DNA from: Gammaproteobacteria bacterium
GTDB lineage: Bacteria; Pseudomonadota; Gammaproteobacteria; CBDBNL01; JAAOII01
Reading direction: 5' to 3'
DNA: 64,000 nucleotides
Assembly: GCA_965209035.1 (NCBI GenBank)
Contig: OZ242372.1
Location: forward strand, 1,408,001-1,472,000
Made by a program: the position numbers and the translations under genes. This document shows, piece by piece, positions 50,557 to 60,093 of this stretch (positions within the stretch are counted from its first letter, which is position 1; each line of letters opens with the position of its first letter). The notes under the pieces were generated by a model that did no database searches, was not told the DNA's origin, and worked only from the letters and a program-made list of their open reading frames with translations.

Positions 50557-51294
50557 ATGCAAAAATCCAAAACATCCGGCGGCGGGGAGCCTCTGTTGCG
50601 GTTTGAAAAGGTCAACACCTACTACGGGCCGATTCACGCGCTGAAAAATATTTCCATGCATGTTAATGTCGGCGAGATCGTGACGATCATCGGCTGCAAC
50701 GGCGCGGGGAAATCCACTCTTTTGATGACCACTTTTGCCAATCCCGGGGCGCGCAGCGGTTCCGTCATGTATGAGAACACGGAGATTACGCATTATGCCA
50801 CCAATCAAGTTGCGAGTCTGGGGATTGCTTTGGTGCCGGAAGGCAGAAGGATTTTTTCGGCAATGACCGTGGAGGAAAATCTCCTAATAGGCTCTCTCAA
50901 AATACCGCTTGCGTCGGCACGCAAAGAATTGGAGCATATCTTTGAAATGTTTCCGTTGCTCCGGGAGAGAAGAACACAGCGTGCCGGCACTCTGTCGGGA
51001 GGCGAGCAGCAGATGCTTGCGATTGGCAGAGGCCTTATGAGCAGGCCGAAGTTACTGCTGCTGGACGAGCCCAGTTTGGGGCTGGCGCCTTTAATTATTC
51101 GCCAGATTTTTGAGAAACTTAAAGAAGTCGCCGAGCAGGGGGTTACCATTCTTCTGGTGGAACAAAACGCCAACTTGGCTCTCAAACTTGCGCGGCGCGG
51201 CTATGTGCTGGTGAACGGTGAGATTGAAATTGCCGGCGACAGCCGGACCCTTCTTGCCAACAAAGAAGTCCAAGCCGCCTACCTGGGCGGATAA
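50557..51294 (+). CDS. livF: Branched-chain amino acid ABC transporter ATPase
   Basis: GCNGAGKST, VPEGRRIF, LSGGEQQM, DEPSLGLAP, VEQN. Confidence 0.94.
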   Translation: MQKSKTSGGGEPLLRFEKVNTYYGPIHALKNISMHVNVGEIVTIIGCNGAGKSTLLMTTFANPGARSGSVMYENTEITHYATNQVASLGIALVPEGRRIFSAMTVEENLLIGSLKIPLASARKELEHIFEMFPLLRERRTQRAGTLSGGEQQMLAIGRGLMSRPKLLLLDEPSLGLAPLIIRQIFEKLKEVAEQGVTILLVEQNANLALKLARRGYVLVNGEIEIAGDSRTLLANKEVQAAYLGG

Positions 51295-51567
51295 TTCGGG
51301 CGAGTTAGAAGCAGAAGTTAGAATCGGGCATTAAGCGGGAATCGGACCTTCCCGCATACACATTTCGGTATTTTGGAGGGGCTTTTTGTTTGTGCTTTTT
51401 ACTTTTATCTTCCTTGTCCCGGGAAGTTATCTTTCTGTCAGTTTCCCGCTTCTCGCTTTCCCGAGTCACCGACACAGGGTAGATTAAACACCTAAAATAT
51501 CCAAAACATCTATCGAGATCTATCGCGGCTGAATGATTGAATCACCCGCAGGTTGGATCTGTTTTAA

Positions 51568-52233
51568 TTGAGCGAATACCAAGTATTTTTTGCCTTGGCG
51601 GGCTTTCATCTCCTTGCGGTCATGAGCCCCGGACCGGATATGGCAATCATCGTTCGGCACGGCCTGGTGCATGGCAAGACACCCGCCACCTACACCGCCA
51701 TCGGCATCGGCACGGGTATTTTGGTGCATGTTCTTTATTCCGTTTTGGGGCTGGGTTTGATTCTTGCAACCTATCCGTCTGTCTTTGTATTGCTTAAGTA
51801 TCTCGGGGTGGCTTATCTGATCTTTCTGGCATATTCCGGTGTGCGAGACGGCTATGCCCGTCTCTCGGCACAGGCCGCGGGCGATTTGGCCGCGAATAAT
51901 GACACCCCGCTTCTGCCGTTGTCCGCGACCTCGGCATTCCGCACCGGCTTTCTAACCAACGCACTCAATATTAAGGCGACAATGTTTTTTCTTTCCGTTT
52001 ACTTGCTGGTCGCCCAACAGAGCCCGCCGGTTCTGCGCGTTGTTTACGGAATGTACATGGCGGTGGCGACGGGACTTTACTTTGTTGTTTTGGCGCGTTT
52101 GGTTGGCAGATTGCGCCCTTTTTTACGGGCATATACGGGTCAGGTAGAAATCCTTACCGCTATATTAATGGCGGTTCTGGCTCTGTTGTTGGCATGGACC
52201 GATGTGCCGGCTTTTGTGCGGGCATCTTCTTAA
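51568..52233 (+). CDS. LysE/RhtB-family exporter
   Basis: SPGPD, GIGTG..VH, GVAYL, FRTGFLTNALNIK. Confidence 0.9.
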   Translation: MSEYQVFFALAGFHLLAVMSPGPDMAIIVRHGLVHGKTPATYTAIGIGTGILVHVLYSVLGLGLILATYPSVFVLLKYLGVAYLIFLAYSGVRDGYARLSAQAAGDLAANNDTPLLPLSATSAFRTGFLTNALNIKATMFFLSVYLLVAQQSPPVLRVVYGMYMAVATGLYFVVLARLVGRLRPFLRAYTGQVEILTAILMAVLALLLAWTDVPAFVRASS

Positions 52234-52351
52234 AAAAACCCTTAAACCTTTAAACTCGCCCGGAATCGCCCCGCCTATTCCGGTCCCGGGCGGCGCGAAT
52301 CTTCGAAAACCCTGTTGTCTGTATTGTCTAAGGTCTTAATGTCTTAATGCC

Positions 52352-55300
52352 TTATTCGGAGCCGCCCACCCGAACCTCCAGTCCGATCGTGCAGATGTTG
52401 CTTTCATTCGGCACCGGATCGTTTTGGACTTGATCTTCATCGGCTTCCGTGCAGGCACCATAATAGTAGGTGCCGGCATCGTTCGGTGCCGTTATATTAA
52501 TGGAATAGGACCCTTCGCCGCCCGGAGTTCCCCCGGCAGGCCGTTCTTGAGTTCCCAACTCAAAATCATCCGGACTAATGAGCGCATTATCGGAGCGGTA
52601 GAAACTGATGATGGACGGAAAACAAGAGGCACTTACCACGCAATCAAAATCAACGCTAATATTAAGCATTTCCTCGGTTGCCGGCGAACTGCTATTGACT
52701 TCCAAATTTTCCAAGACATAGTTACCGCGCTTTGTCACCTGAACGGGGACTGAGCAGTCTTCCGGCAGGTGTTCAAAACAACTGCCGTAATAGTAGGTTC
52801 TTGCTGCCAGACCCGGGAGCTCGTTAATTTCGCTACTATAACTGGCATTATCATAGTGATTCGGCGCTGATACGGAGAAAAAACTTCCTGCTATGGGATC
52901 CTCGCTGCCGTTGATGGTCTCATTATTGGAGCGGTAAAAGGATAAGGAACTTGGACTCAAACCGCAGTCGCCGCCGCGACAACCGACCATTCCGCTGAGA
53001 CGAAAAACATTCGGCAAGTTTTCACCGAGGGCGAGGCGATTCAAGGCTGAATCAAAACGAAAAGTGTTGGCAGTGGAATTAGTCGTGCCGATATGCCGCA
53101 GCAGACCTTTCACCGTAACAGGAACAGAATCGTGTTGGGTGCAAACCGGGGGATTGGTGCCGTCTATACAGGCGAAGTAATAATAGTTGCCGTTCGTTGC
53201 GGCGGCATTAATCCGCGTTGAAATAGTCCGGCTTGCACCGGCGGCAAGAGGAGCAACCGGGACAGGAGATCCAATGGTTTTCATATTCGCATTGGAAGGC
53301 AGCGGAGGGTCAGAATATGTGCTACTAACATAAAAGCTAACATCGGCCATTTCACAGTCTTGGGTGTTCGCGGAACAAAGGATCTCAACCGAGAGGTTTA
53401 GCGGTTCTCCCTGTGCGGCAAGACTGATATTTGTTATGACCCGCTCATCATTAAAAGACAGAACCCCGTCCGGCAGGCTCACTGTGATGGTGGCAATTTT
53501 TACACAGCTGTCGTCATCTCCCGGCAAACAAAGACCATAATGATAGGTGCCGGGGGTCAAAGGGGCGGTTGTGTCAATTGGCGGTGTGGAATGGTGTCTG
53601 CTCTCCTCGATGGCGGGGATAAGAGTACTGCCTTCTTCGTCATCCGAAGTGTTTATCGTATCATCATCCGAACGATACAAAATCACTTGAGATTGGGCAC
53701 AAGGACCGTCCTCACAGAAGAGGAACGCCATAAATTCCAAAGAATCACCCGCGCGAATACCGTCTTTGTCTTGATTGGGGCCTACGAAAGTTAAACGACC
53801 GGGATTAGCGGGTGGCATGAGATCTGTTAGGACAACCGGATCGGACAGCATACCGCACAGATCCGGTTCGGGGCCGGTGATGCAAGCAAAATATCGATAG
53901 GTCCCTGCTTCGGACGGAGTCGTAATATCCGGGGTAACGGTTTGTTCTCCGCTGTCATTCAACGGAGGAACGGGAACCGGTTCGCCAAGAGGATTATCGA
54001 AAAAAGTATTTAACTGACCCTGAGTAGCATAAAACTGAAGGGTGTCGCCGGCACAATCGCCGCCACTGCAAGAGATGGCGACGGACAATTGCAAAGGATC
54101 ACCCGAGTTCAAGGCGGTTGCATTAACGCCGACCTTCCCGACAGACAACATTCCGATCACGGAGGGTATAGTCACCATTAAAGATTCGGAAAGATTAGGC
54201 AGAGAAGGAGGGGTCAGGCAATCATTCGCTTCCAATAAAATACAAATAAAATATTGATATGTGCCCGCCTCTTGCGGAGTGTTCGTATTCAAAGAGATCA
54301 TCATAGATCCTCCGTCCGTCAAGGGCCCAACATCTGCCGCAGGGCCGATAGCAGCTGACATCCGGGTGAGTTCACCTTGGGTGTTTGTGTCTTCATAAGT
54401 GACATAAAATTGAGCCGTTGCCGCCGCGCAGTCGCCGCCAGCGCAAAGAATGGTTGCGGTTAATTCCAAAGGCACGCTTTGGCCGGCCTGTGCGTTACTG
54501 ATATCTATTGTCGTCGCTCCGTCCGGTCGCAGAGTCCCGGCTGCCGAACCCGGCGGCGCGGGGACTGCCGTCACGGTGATCTCAGCCGATGGACCACTGC
54601 AGACATTCGTGTTTTCATAACATGCATGGTATCCGTAAGTCCCGCTTACGCCGGGTATGTCAAAGTCAGTGGCATTCACCGTAACTGTATCTCCGCCTTC
54701 CGGGTTTGTGGGAGAAGTGACATCGAAGGGCGGACCGACCGCGGTTCTTTCGCCCGCGTTCGTGCTTCCCGTCGTCCCCGGTGCGGATGTCCGATAAAAC
54801 TGAACCCGGCGAATTCTGTCCACCGGGCAGACCGCACCCTGACATAGGATGTTTACGGACAACACCGCATCTTCTGTTGTCGTATATTCATTCTTGTCGG
54901 TCGTAACATTGTCGCGAAAAATAACAAAAGGCTCATTGACAGAAAGAGAACTAACAGGAGAACACGCATCGTCAATACAAGAATAGTAATAATAGCCGTT
55001 ATTTCGTGTGACAGGCAAGGGGGGAGCGAAGGTGATGGGTATCTCATCGCCATTAACAAAAAGAGCGGGAAAACTTCTTCCCAATTCCTCATCATTGGCA
55101 GCAACCGTCACATTATTTGTCGAGCGATAAAAAGTGACGATAAAATCGCGACAGAAGTCTATCAAACATCGGACAGTGGTATTCAAAGATACCAGATTAC
55201 CGGGACCGCCTTGTTGTAGAGCGGTATTCAATTCCACTTGCGGAGGAATAGGGGGATTGTCGGCATTGTCATCGGGATCGGCACAGCCGGTTACAAACAA

Positions 55301-55423
55301 AGCGGCTGTCAATAGAAAAATAAATGAAAAATTCCTTAATCCCGGCCGGAGGCCGGGATGGAAGGAATTAGTTACAAAGCGGCTGATGCGCTTATTATTA
55401 TTGTTATTAATGTTATTTGGCAT
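52352..55423 (-). CDS. Surface lipoprotein with eight Cys-containing Ig-like (CARDB-like) repeats
   Basis: Lipobox VTGC; eight ~120-aa units C-x4/6-C...FY(R)S...GTYxYxxC-xn-C; frame open to TTG 55495. Confidence 0.78.
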   Translation of the reverse strand: MPNNINNNNNKRISRFVTNSFHPGLRPGLRNFSFIFLLTAALFVTGCADPDDNADNPPIPPQVELNTALQQGGPGNLVSLNTTVRCLIDFCRDFIVTFYRSTNNVTVAANDEELGRSFPALFVNGDEIPITFAPPLPVTRNNGYYYYSCIDDACSPVSSLSVNEPFVIFRDNVTTDKNEYTTTEDAVLSVNILCQGAVCPVDRIRRVQFYRTSAPGTTGSTNAGERTAVGPPFDVTSPTNPEGGDTVTVNATDFDIPGVSGTYGYHACYENTNVCSGPSAEITVTAVPAPPGSAAGTLRPDGATTIDISNAQAGQSVPLELTATILCAGGDCAAATAQFYVTYEDTNTQGELTRMSAAIGPAADVGPLTDGGSMMISLNTNTPQEAGTYQYFICILLEANDCLTPPSLPNLSESLMVTIPSVIGMLSVGKVGVNATALNSGDPLQLSVAISCSGGDCAGDTLQFYATQGQLNTFFDNPLGEPVPVPPLNDSGEQTVTPDITTPSEAGTYRYFACITGPEPDLCGMLSDPVVLTDLMPPANPGRLTFVGPNQDKDGIRAGDSLEFMAFLFCEDGPCAQSQVILYRSDDDTINTSDDEEGSTLIPAIEESRHHSTPPIDTTAPLTPGTYHYGLCLPGDDDSCVKIATITVSLPDGVLSFNDERVITNISLAAQGEPLNLSVEILCSANTQDCEMADVSFYVSSTYSDPPLPSNANMKTIGSPVPVAPLAAGASRTISTRINAAATNGNYYYFACIDGTNPPVCTQHDSVPVTVKGLLRHIGTTNSTANTFRFDSALNRLALGENLPNVFRLSGMVGCRGGDCGLSPSSLSFYRSNNETINGSEDPIAGSFFSVSAPNHYDNASYSSEINELPGLAARTYYYGSCFEHLPEDCSVPVQVTKRGNYVLENLEVNSSSPATEEMLNISVDFDCVVSASCFPSIISFYRSDNALISPDDFELGTQERPAGGTPGGEGSYSINITAPNDAGTYYYGACTEADEDQVQNDPVPNESNICTIGLEVRVGGSE

Positions 55424-55697
55424 GAGTTGTTTATTGATTATTTGTTGTTTTTTTAATGACTTCTTTTGTAAAGAATAATATGTATCCGCAGGCAACTTGC
55501 GAATAAGACAAGATGCGCGTGCGGAGGATGTATTGGCTGAATTTCACTTGCCATACGGTTATTTTAGCACAAGTTCTTATTTTTGTGTATTTTTGTATGG
55601 CCCCACCCATTTCCGGACTTTTGTTGTTTTTGCAAAAACCGGATCGGCGAGAGTTGTTTGTGAGTGTTAGTTAAAGGAAGACTCTTGAAATTGTTCT

Positions 55698-56767
55698 TTA
55701 ATTATTGAGCAGGCGTGTGAGTTCTTCGTTCGGCCAGGTGTAATAGTTGTTCAGGTATTTGATCGCCTTTTCCCGTTCTTCGTTTCTTGCGTGTGTTGTG
55801 TAGTTACCCGGATTGCGATCGCCGATGCTGTCGGTATTGCTTTTGTGAAGGCCCGCAGCTTCGTTCGGGTTCAAACCCAAAAAACAGAGCGTCTTTTTGG
55901 CAACCGAGATCGGGTCGGCAAAGAGCTCCTCACTGCGAAGCACGAGAAGTTGTTTGTTGGGAAAGAGTGTCCGATATCTTTGCAGTTGCTTGGCATAAAG
56001 ACCGCGCTCTCGGTAGGCAAACAGCCGCAGGATATCATAGTCGCGCGGCGAGCTCGGCTCCTTCTTGCAGTGTCCGCACGGCGGCAAGTACGCGCGGGTC
56101 CTCGCCGGTAAGAGCCTCAAGAATGCCGCGCGTTTCTCGCACAGATTCCGCCACTTCCGGCTGCGGGGTCTTCGGGGATGGATAGCCCCGGGTTGCATCA
56201 TAATCCCGGTCCCGGTTGCAATTAAAGTAGTAATCGGAGATTGCCCGCTTTGTCGGATCCTTGATGAGAACAATTAACTTGGCAGCCGGTATCAGTTTAT
56301 GAATGGCGGCCGCACAACCGGGAAAGAACAGATAGTTGACCGACTTGTCCGGGCGGACGGGGTATTGTCGTAACCGCGCTTTCCGAATTCCCCGGCTGTA
56401 GAGCAGCAAGTAGAGCAGCAAGTAGTGAATTGCTCTCGCAGTGTCTGCGTCCGTCTTGTTCAGCCCCCAAACAGGCGACATGCACAATTGCGAAAAGTGC
56501 TCCGCATCCGCCCAACGGTCAAAAAAGCGGATCTCATCGCTGTGTTCGGGTGCGTAAACGGCCGGATGTTGCATGAGAAGTGTTTTTAGCTGCCCGGTGC
56601 CGCAGCGTTTCCCGCCCAAAATAAAAGTATTTGGCAAGAGAGCATTCCAGCCGGGCGGCGGGGGCAAGGGCACGCGGTCAATAAGACGATACCCAATAAG
56701 AAAGAGCACAGGGAAGATAGCGCAGTATATAGCGAGCGCGCAAAAATCGGTGGTGTGTTGTCAACAT
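55698..56767 (-). pseudogene. Frameshifted PAPS-dependent sulfotransferase (HS3ST-like)
   Basis: GGKRCGT (5'-PSB), EIRFFD, KLIVLIKDP.KRAISDY in ORF 56035-56709; ERGLYAKQL.RY...EELFADP continues in ORF 55698-56273; possible second shift near 56712 linking to ATG 56767. Confidence 0.75.
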
Positions 56768-56895
56768 CTTAAAACCGAGTTATTATATCCTTTCCGAGAT
56801 GATGCGGGTCTTTTTGAAAACAACACTCACAAGTGCCTAACGGGGGCAAACAAACATACACATAGTTATCCAAAATTGTTTATAATGGACAACAT

Positions 56896-59133
56896 ATGAA
56901 ATTAAAGGTCGGGCTTTTTTGTGTTCTAGCCCTTACCGCTTTTAGCGGCTGTGCGCAGGTAGAAGATGCAACTTTATCGATCCCCGCCCGGGATAATCAA
57001 GCTACTTCTTCCATGTCCCTGGCTATTCCGATGCGAGAGGGTATGCGATTGGAATGGACGAATCCGTCCGATGCACAGATCTCGGGCAATATTGAGAGGT
57101 TTAACATATCTTGGGAAAGGCTGTCCGACAATGAAAAGGATATGGTTGATAAGTCGAATCAAACGGGAGCGGGAGTCGATGCTTCTTATGATTTCGCCAA
57201 CTTAACGGATGAGGAGGAGCATCAGTTTCTTGTGCGCGCGATAATTTCGGGTGAGGATCCTATTCTTGTTTTGAATCTGACCGCAATGACCGGAGCAAAT
57301 TACGACGGTGATGGCGAACCGGACTCTTCGGATGATGACGATGACAATGACGGTGTACTTGACGCTACTGATCTCTGTGCCACAAATGCGACAGACTGGA
57401 CATCCAATTCCACTACGGACTATGATGGCGATGGTTGCCGTGATAGTGACGAGGACTCGGACGATGACAATGACGGTGTACTTGACGCTACTGATCTCTG
57501 TGCCACAAATGCGACAGGCTGGACATCCAATTCCACTACGGACTATGATGGCGATGGTTGCCGTGATAGCGACGAGGACCCGGACAATGACAGTGACAAT
57601 GACGGTGTACTTGATGCTACCGATCTCTGTGCCACAAATGCGACAGACTGGACATCCAATTCCACTACGGACTATGATAGCGATGGTTGCCGTGATAGTG
57701 ACGAGGATCCGGACGATGACAATGACGGTGTACTTGACGCTACCGATCTCTGTGCCACAAATGCGACAGACTGGACATCCGATCCCACTACGGACTATGA
57801 TGGCGATGGTTGCCGTGATAGTGACGAGGACACGCCGATCTTTGAGCAAGACTCTTATGCTTTTGAGTTTCCGCCGGGCAGAACCGGTAGGATCAACGAG
57901 GTCACCGTTCGTAATCCTGTTACGGCGTTTGTGTTGGGAGGAATGACGACAAACCTAACCATCGACACACAAGTGCAAACAGGAGTTCTTTCCGCCGTTG
58001 GGGTATTAGCTGCCGGCGTGTATATGTTGCATGTTAATGCGAGCAACGCAGTTGGCGAGACCCGGGCGAACATCACTTTAAATGTGACGGACACGCCTAC
58101 AATGCAGCCGGTCTTTTCGCGAGAACGGACGGTGATTCGTTTGTCCCCCGGTGATACTTACACCGGCGAACCGAACCTGTTCTTTCAAGATTCTGTTACG
58201 ATTGCCGAGGCCGAGTATGGCGGCGAGAAGGTTCCGGGTCGCGGCAATTTTACCGAGCTTGGTGATATTTTCGGTTTTGACGCCGCCGGGAACTTTTCAA
58301 TCAATCAGTCGATTGATGTGTCTGACACCCGCGGGCTATTTTTACGCATTAATGCAAGCAACAGCACGGGTGAATCCGAAGCCTTTGTTCATATTTTGGT
58401 TACGGATCCAAGCAATCGCACTTTGTATTTTGCAAGTGACGGCAGTGTTGAGACCATTGGCGAGGTGCACCCGGTGATGCCGGACAATGCCACACGCCGT
58501 TTTAACATTACGTCCGGGAATCAAACACTTTTTGGTATCAATAATACCGATGGTACACTGTCAGTCCAAGATGCCCCGCAGGACCGGACGCACTATTTGG
58601 GAATTGAAGAAGAATATGCGGGAGGAACCCGGTTCTTTGCCAATGTAACGGTGTTTGGCAAGACACCCGACGGCGGGAACATAACGCATTATGTCTATTG
58701 GTTGGCGGAAAACGAATGGTTGAAGCCGGATCGCAGTGAAGCCTTGCCGAATATTAATGCCTCTGCGGGAGATCAACTGGTGTTTCTCTGCCCGCGCCCG
58801 ATGTTGGCAACGGCATTTCCCGGCCCCAATATTTGGTATACCCAAAACAGGACGGTTGCGGATAACTGCCGGCCGGATCGGTTTGCCGAAGCCGCCCAAG
58901 CGTTTTTTATCGGGGCATGCGACGCAGCCGGCAAAGAAATCACAGTTCCTTTAGAAGTTCCTTTGGACGCCGGCAATCCCGTTCGGTTTGAAGCGGACAA
59001 TTCTTATTACTTGATGTCCTTTTCGGGTGGGGCAGAGGAGGAAACTACTTCCCGCGAGTTCAAGACGGGTGCAGCCTGTCAGTCCGGGATGAAGTTCCGG
59101 TTAAATGTATTGCCGCCTAACATGTCGCCTTAG
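56896..59133 (+). CDS. Surface lipoprotein: FN3-like + 4 TSP3-type repeats + cadherin/Ig-like modules + C-terminal ephrin-like (cupredoxin-fold) domain
   Basis: Lipobox FSGC; LEWTNP; DNDGVLD..DLC...DYDGDGC x4; PIFEQDSYAF and FNITSGN..LFGIN..DGTL cadherin-like motifs; C-terminal 4-Cys domain. Confidence 0.8.
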   Translation: MKLKVGLFCVLALTAFSGCAQVEDATLSIPARDNQATSSMSLAIPMREGMRLEWTNPSDAQISGNIERFNISWERLSDNEKDMVDKSNQTGAGVDASYDFANLTDEEEHQFLVRAIISGEDPILVLNLTAMTGANYDGDGEPDSSDDDDDNDGVLDATDLCATNATDWTSNSTTDYDGDGCRDSDEDSDDDNDGVLDATDLCATNATGWTSNSTTDYDGDGCRDSDEDPDNDSDNDGVLDATDLCATNATDWTSNSTTDYDSDGCRDSDEDPDDDNDGVLDATDLCATNATDWTSDPTTDYDGDGCRDSDEDTPIFEQDSYAFEFPPGRTGRINEVTVRNPVTAFVLGGMTTNLTIDTQVQTGVLSAVGVLAAGVYMLHVNASNAVGETRANITLNVTDTPTMQPVFSRERTVIRLSPGDTYTGEPNLFFQDSVTIAEAEYGGEKVPGRGNFTELGDIFGFDAAGNFSINQSIDVSDTRGLFLRINASNSTGESEAFVHILVTDPSNRTLYFASDGSVETIGEVHPVMPDNATRRFNITSGNQTLFGINNTDGTLSVQDAPQDRTHYLGIEEEYAGGTRFFANVTVFGKTPDGGNITHYVYWLAENEWLKPDRSEALPNINASAGDQLVFLCPRPMLATAFPGPNIWYTQNRTVADNCRPDRFAEAAQAFFIGACDAAGKEITVPLEVPLDAGNPVRFEADNSYYLMSFSGGAEEETTSREFKTGAACQSGMKFRLNVLPPNMSP
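57337..57831 (+). repeat. Four near-identical 123-129-bp in-frame TSP3-type repeats
   Basis: Units start at about 57337, 57460, 57589 and 57712. Confidence 0.93.
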
Positions 59134-60093
59134 GAGAACGCCTCTTAGTTAGAAGGAAGAACGATAAAGAACAACTAACGCCGAGTAATTGGAGGTAATT
59201 GGCATCACCGGCACCATAAAGGTAAAAACTTCCAGTCGTCCAATCTTCCCGGCAAGATCGCAAACGACAAAAGAATCTTAACCGGGTTACTCATTCCATC
59301 CCGGCGTAGTTGTGCGCCGCCTCGCCCTCGCCTTAGGAGAAGGCCGCTTAGTTAGAAGGAAGAACGATAAAGAACAACTAACGCCGGGTAATTGGAGGTA
59401 ATTGGCATCACCGGCACCATAAAGGTAAAGACTTTCGGTCGTCCAATCTTCCCGGCAAGATCGCAAACGACAAAAGAATCTTAACCGGGTTACTCATCCC
59501 GGCATAGTTGTGCGCCGCCTCGCCCTCGCCTTAGGAGAACGCCTCTTAGTTAGAAGGAAGAACGATAAAGAACAACTAACGCCGAGTAATTGGAGGTAAT
59601 TGGCATCACCGGCACCATAAAGGTAAAGACTTTCGGTCGTCCAATCTTCCCGGCAAGATCGCAAACGACAAAAGAATCTTAACCGGGTTACTCATTCCAT
59701 CCCGGCGTAGTTATGCACCGCATCGCCCTCGCCTTAGGAGAACGCCTCTTAGTTAGAAGGAAGAACGATAAAGAACAACTAACGCCGGGTAATAGGCATC
59801 AGCAGCACCATAAAGGTAAAAACTTCCAGCCTCCCCGGCAAGATCGCAAACGACAAAAGAATCTTAACCGGGTTCCTCATTCCATCCCGGCGTAGTTGTG
59901 CGCCGCCTCGCCCTCGCCTTAGGAGAACGCCTCTTAGTTAGAAGGAAGAACGATAAAGAACAACTAACGCCAGGTAATAGGCATCAACAGCACCATAAAG
60001 GTAAAGACCTCCAGCCTCCCCAACAACATCGCAAACGACAAAAGAATCTTAACCGGGTTACTCATCTCGGCATAGTTGTGCGCCGCCTCGCCC
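59125..60093. repeat. Tandem array of five 180-203-bp units derived from the trkH 3' end plus intergenic DNA
   Basis: Units start TCGCCTTAGGAG at 59125, 59328, 59526, 59729 and 59914; the last unit is the genuine trkH C-terminus. Confidence 0.95.

Noticed and set aside
57308-57946. Met/Thr-rich alternative-frame ORF and antisense ORF 57202-57849
   Set aside because: Shadow frames of the Asp-rich TSP3 repeats
59125-60093. CRISPR array or DGR template/variable repeat
   Set aside because: Units are contiguous ~200-bp copies with no unique spacers, differences are not adenine-specific, and no cas or reverse transcriptase gene is in the window
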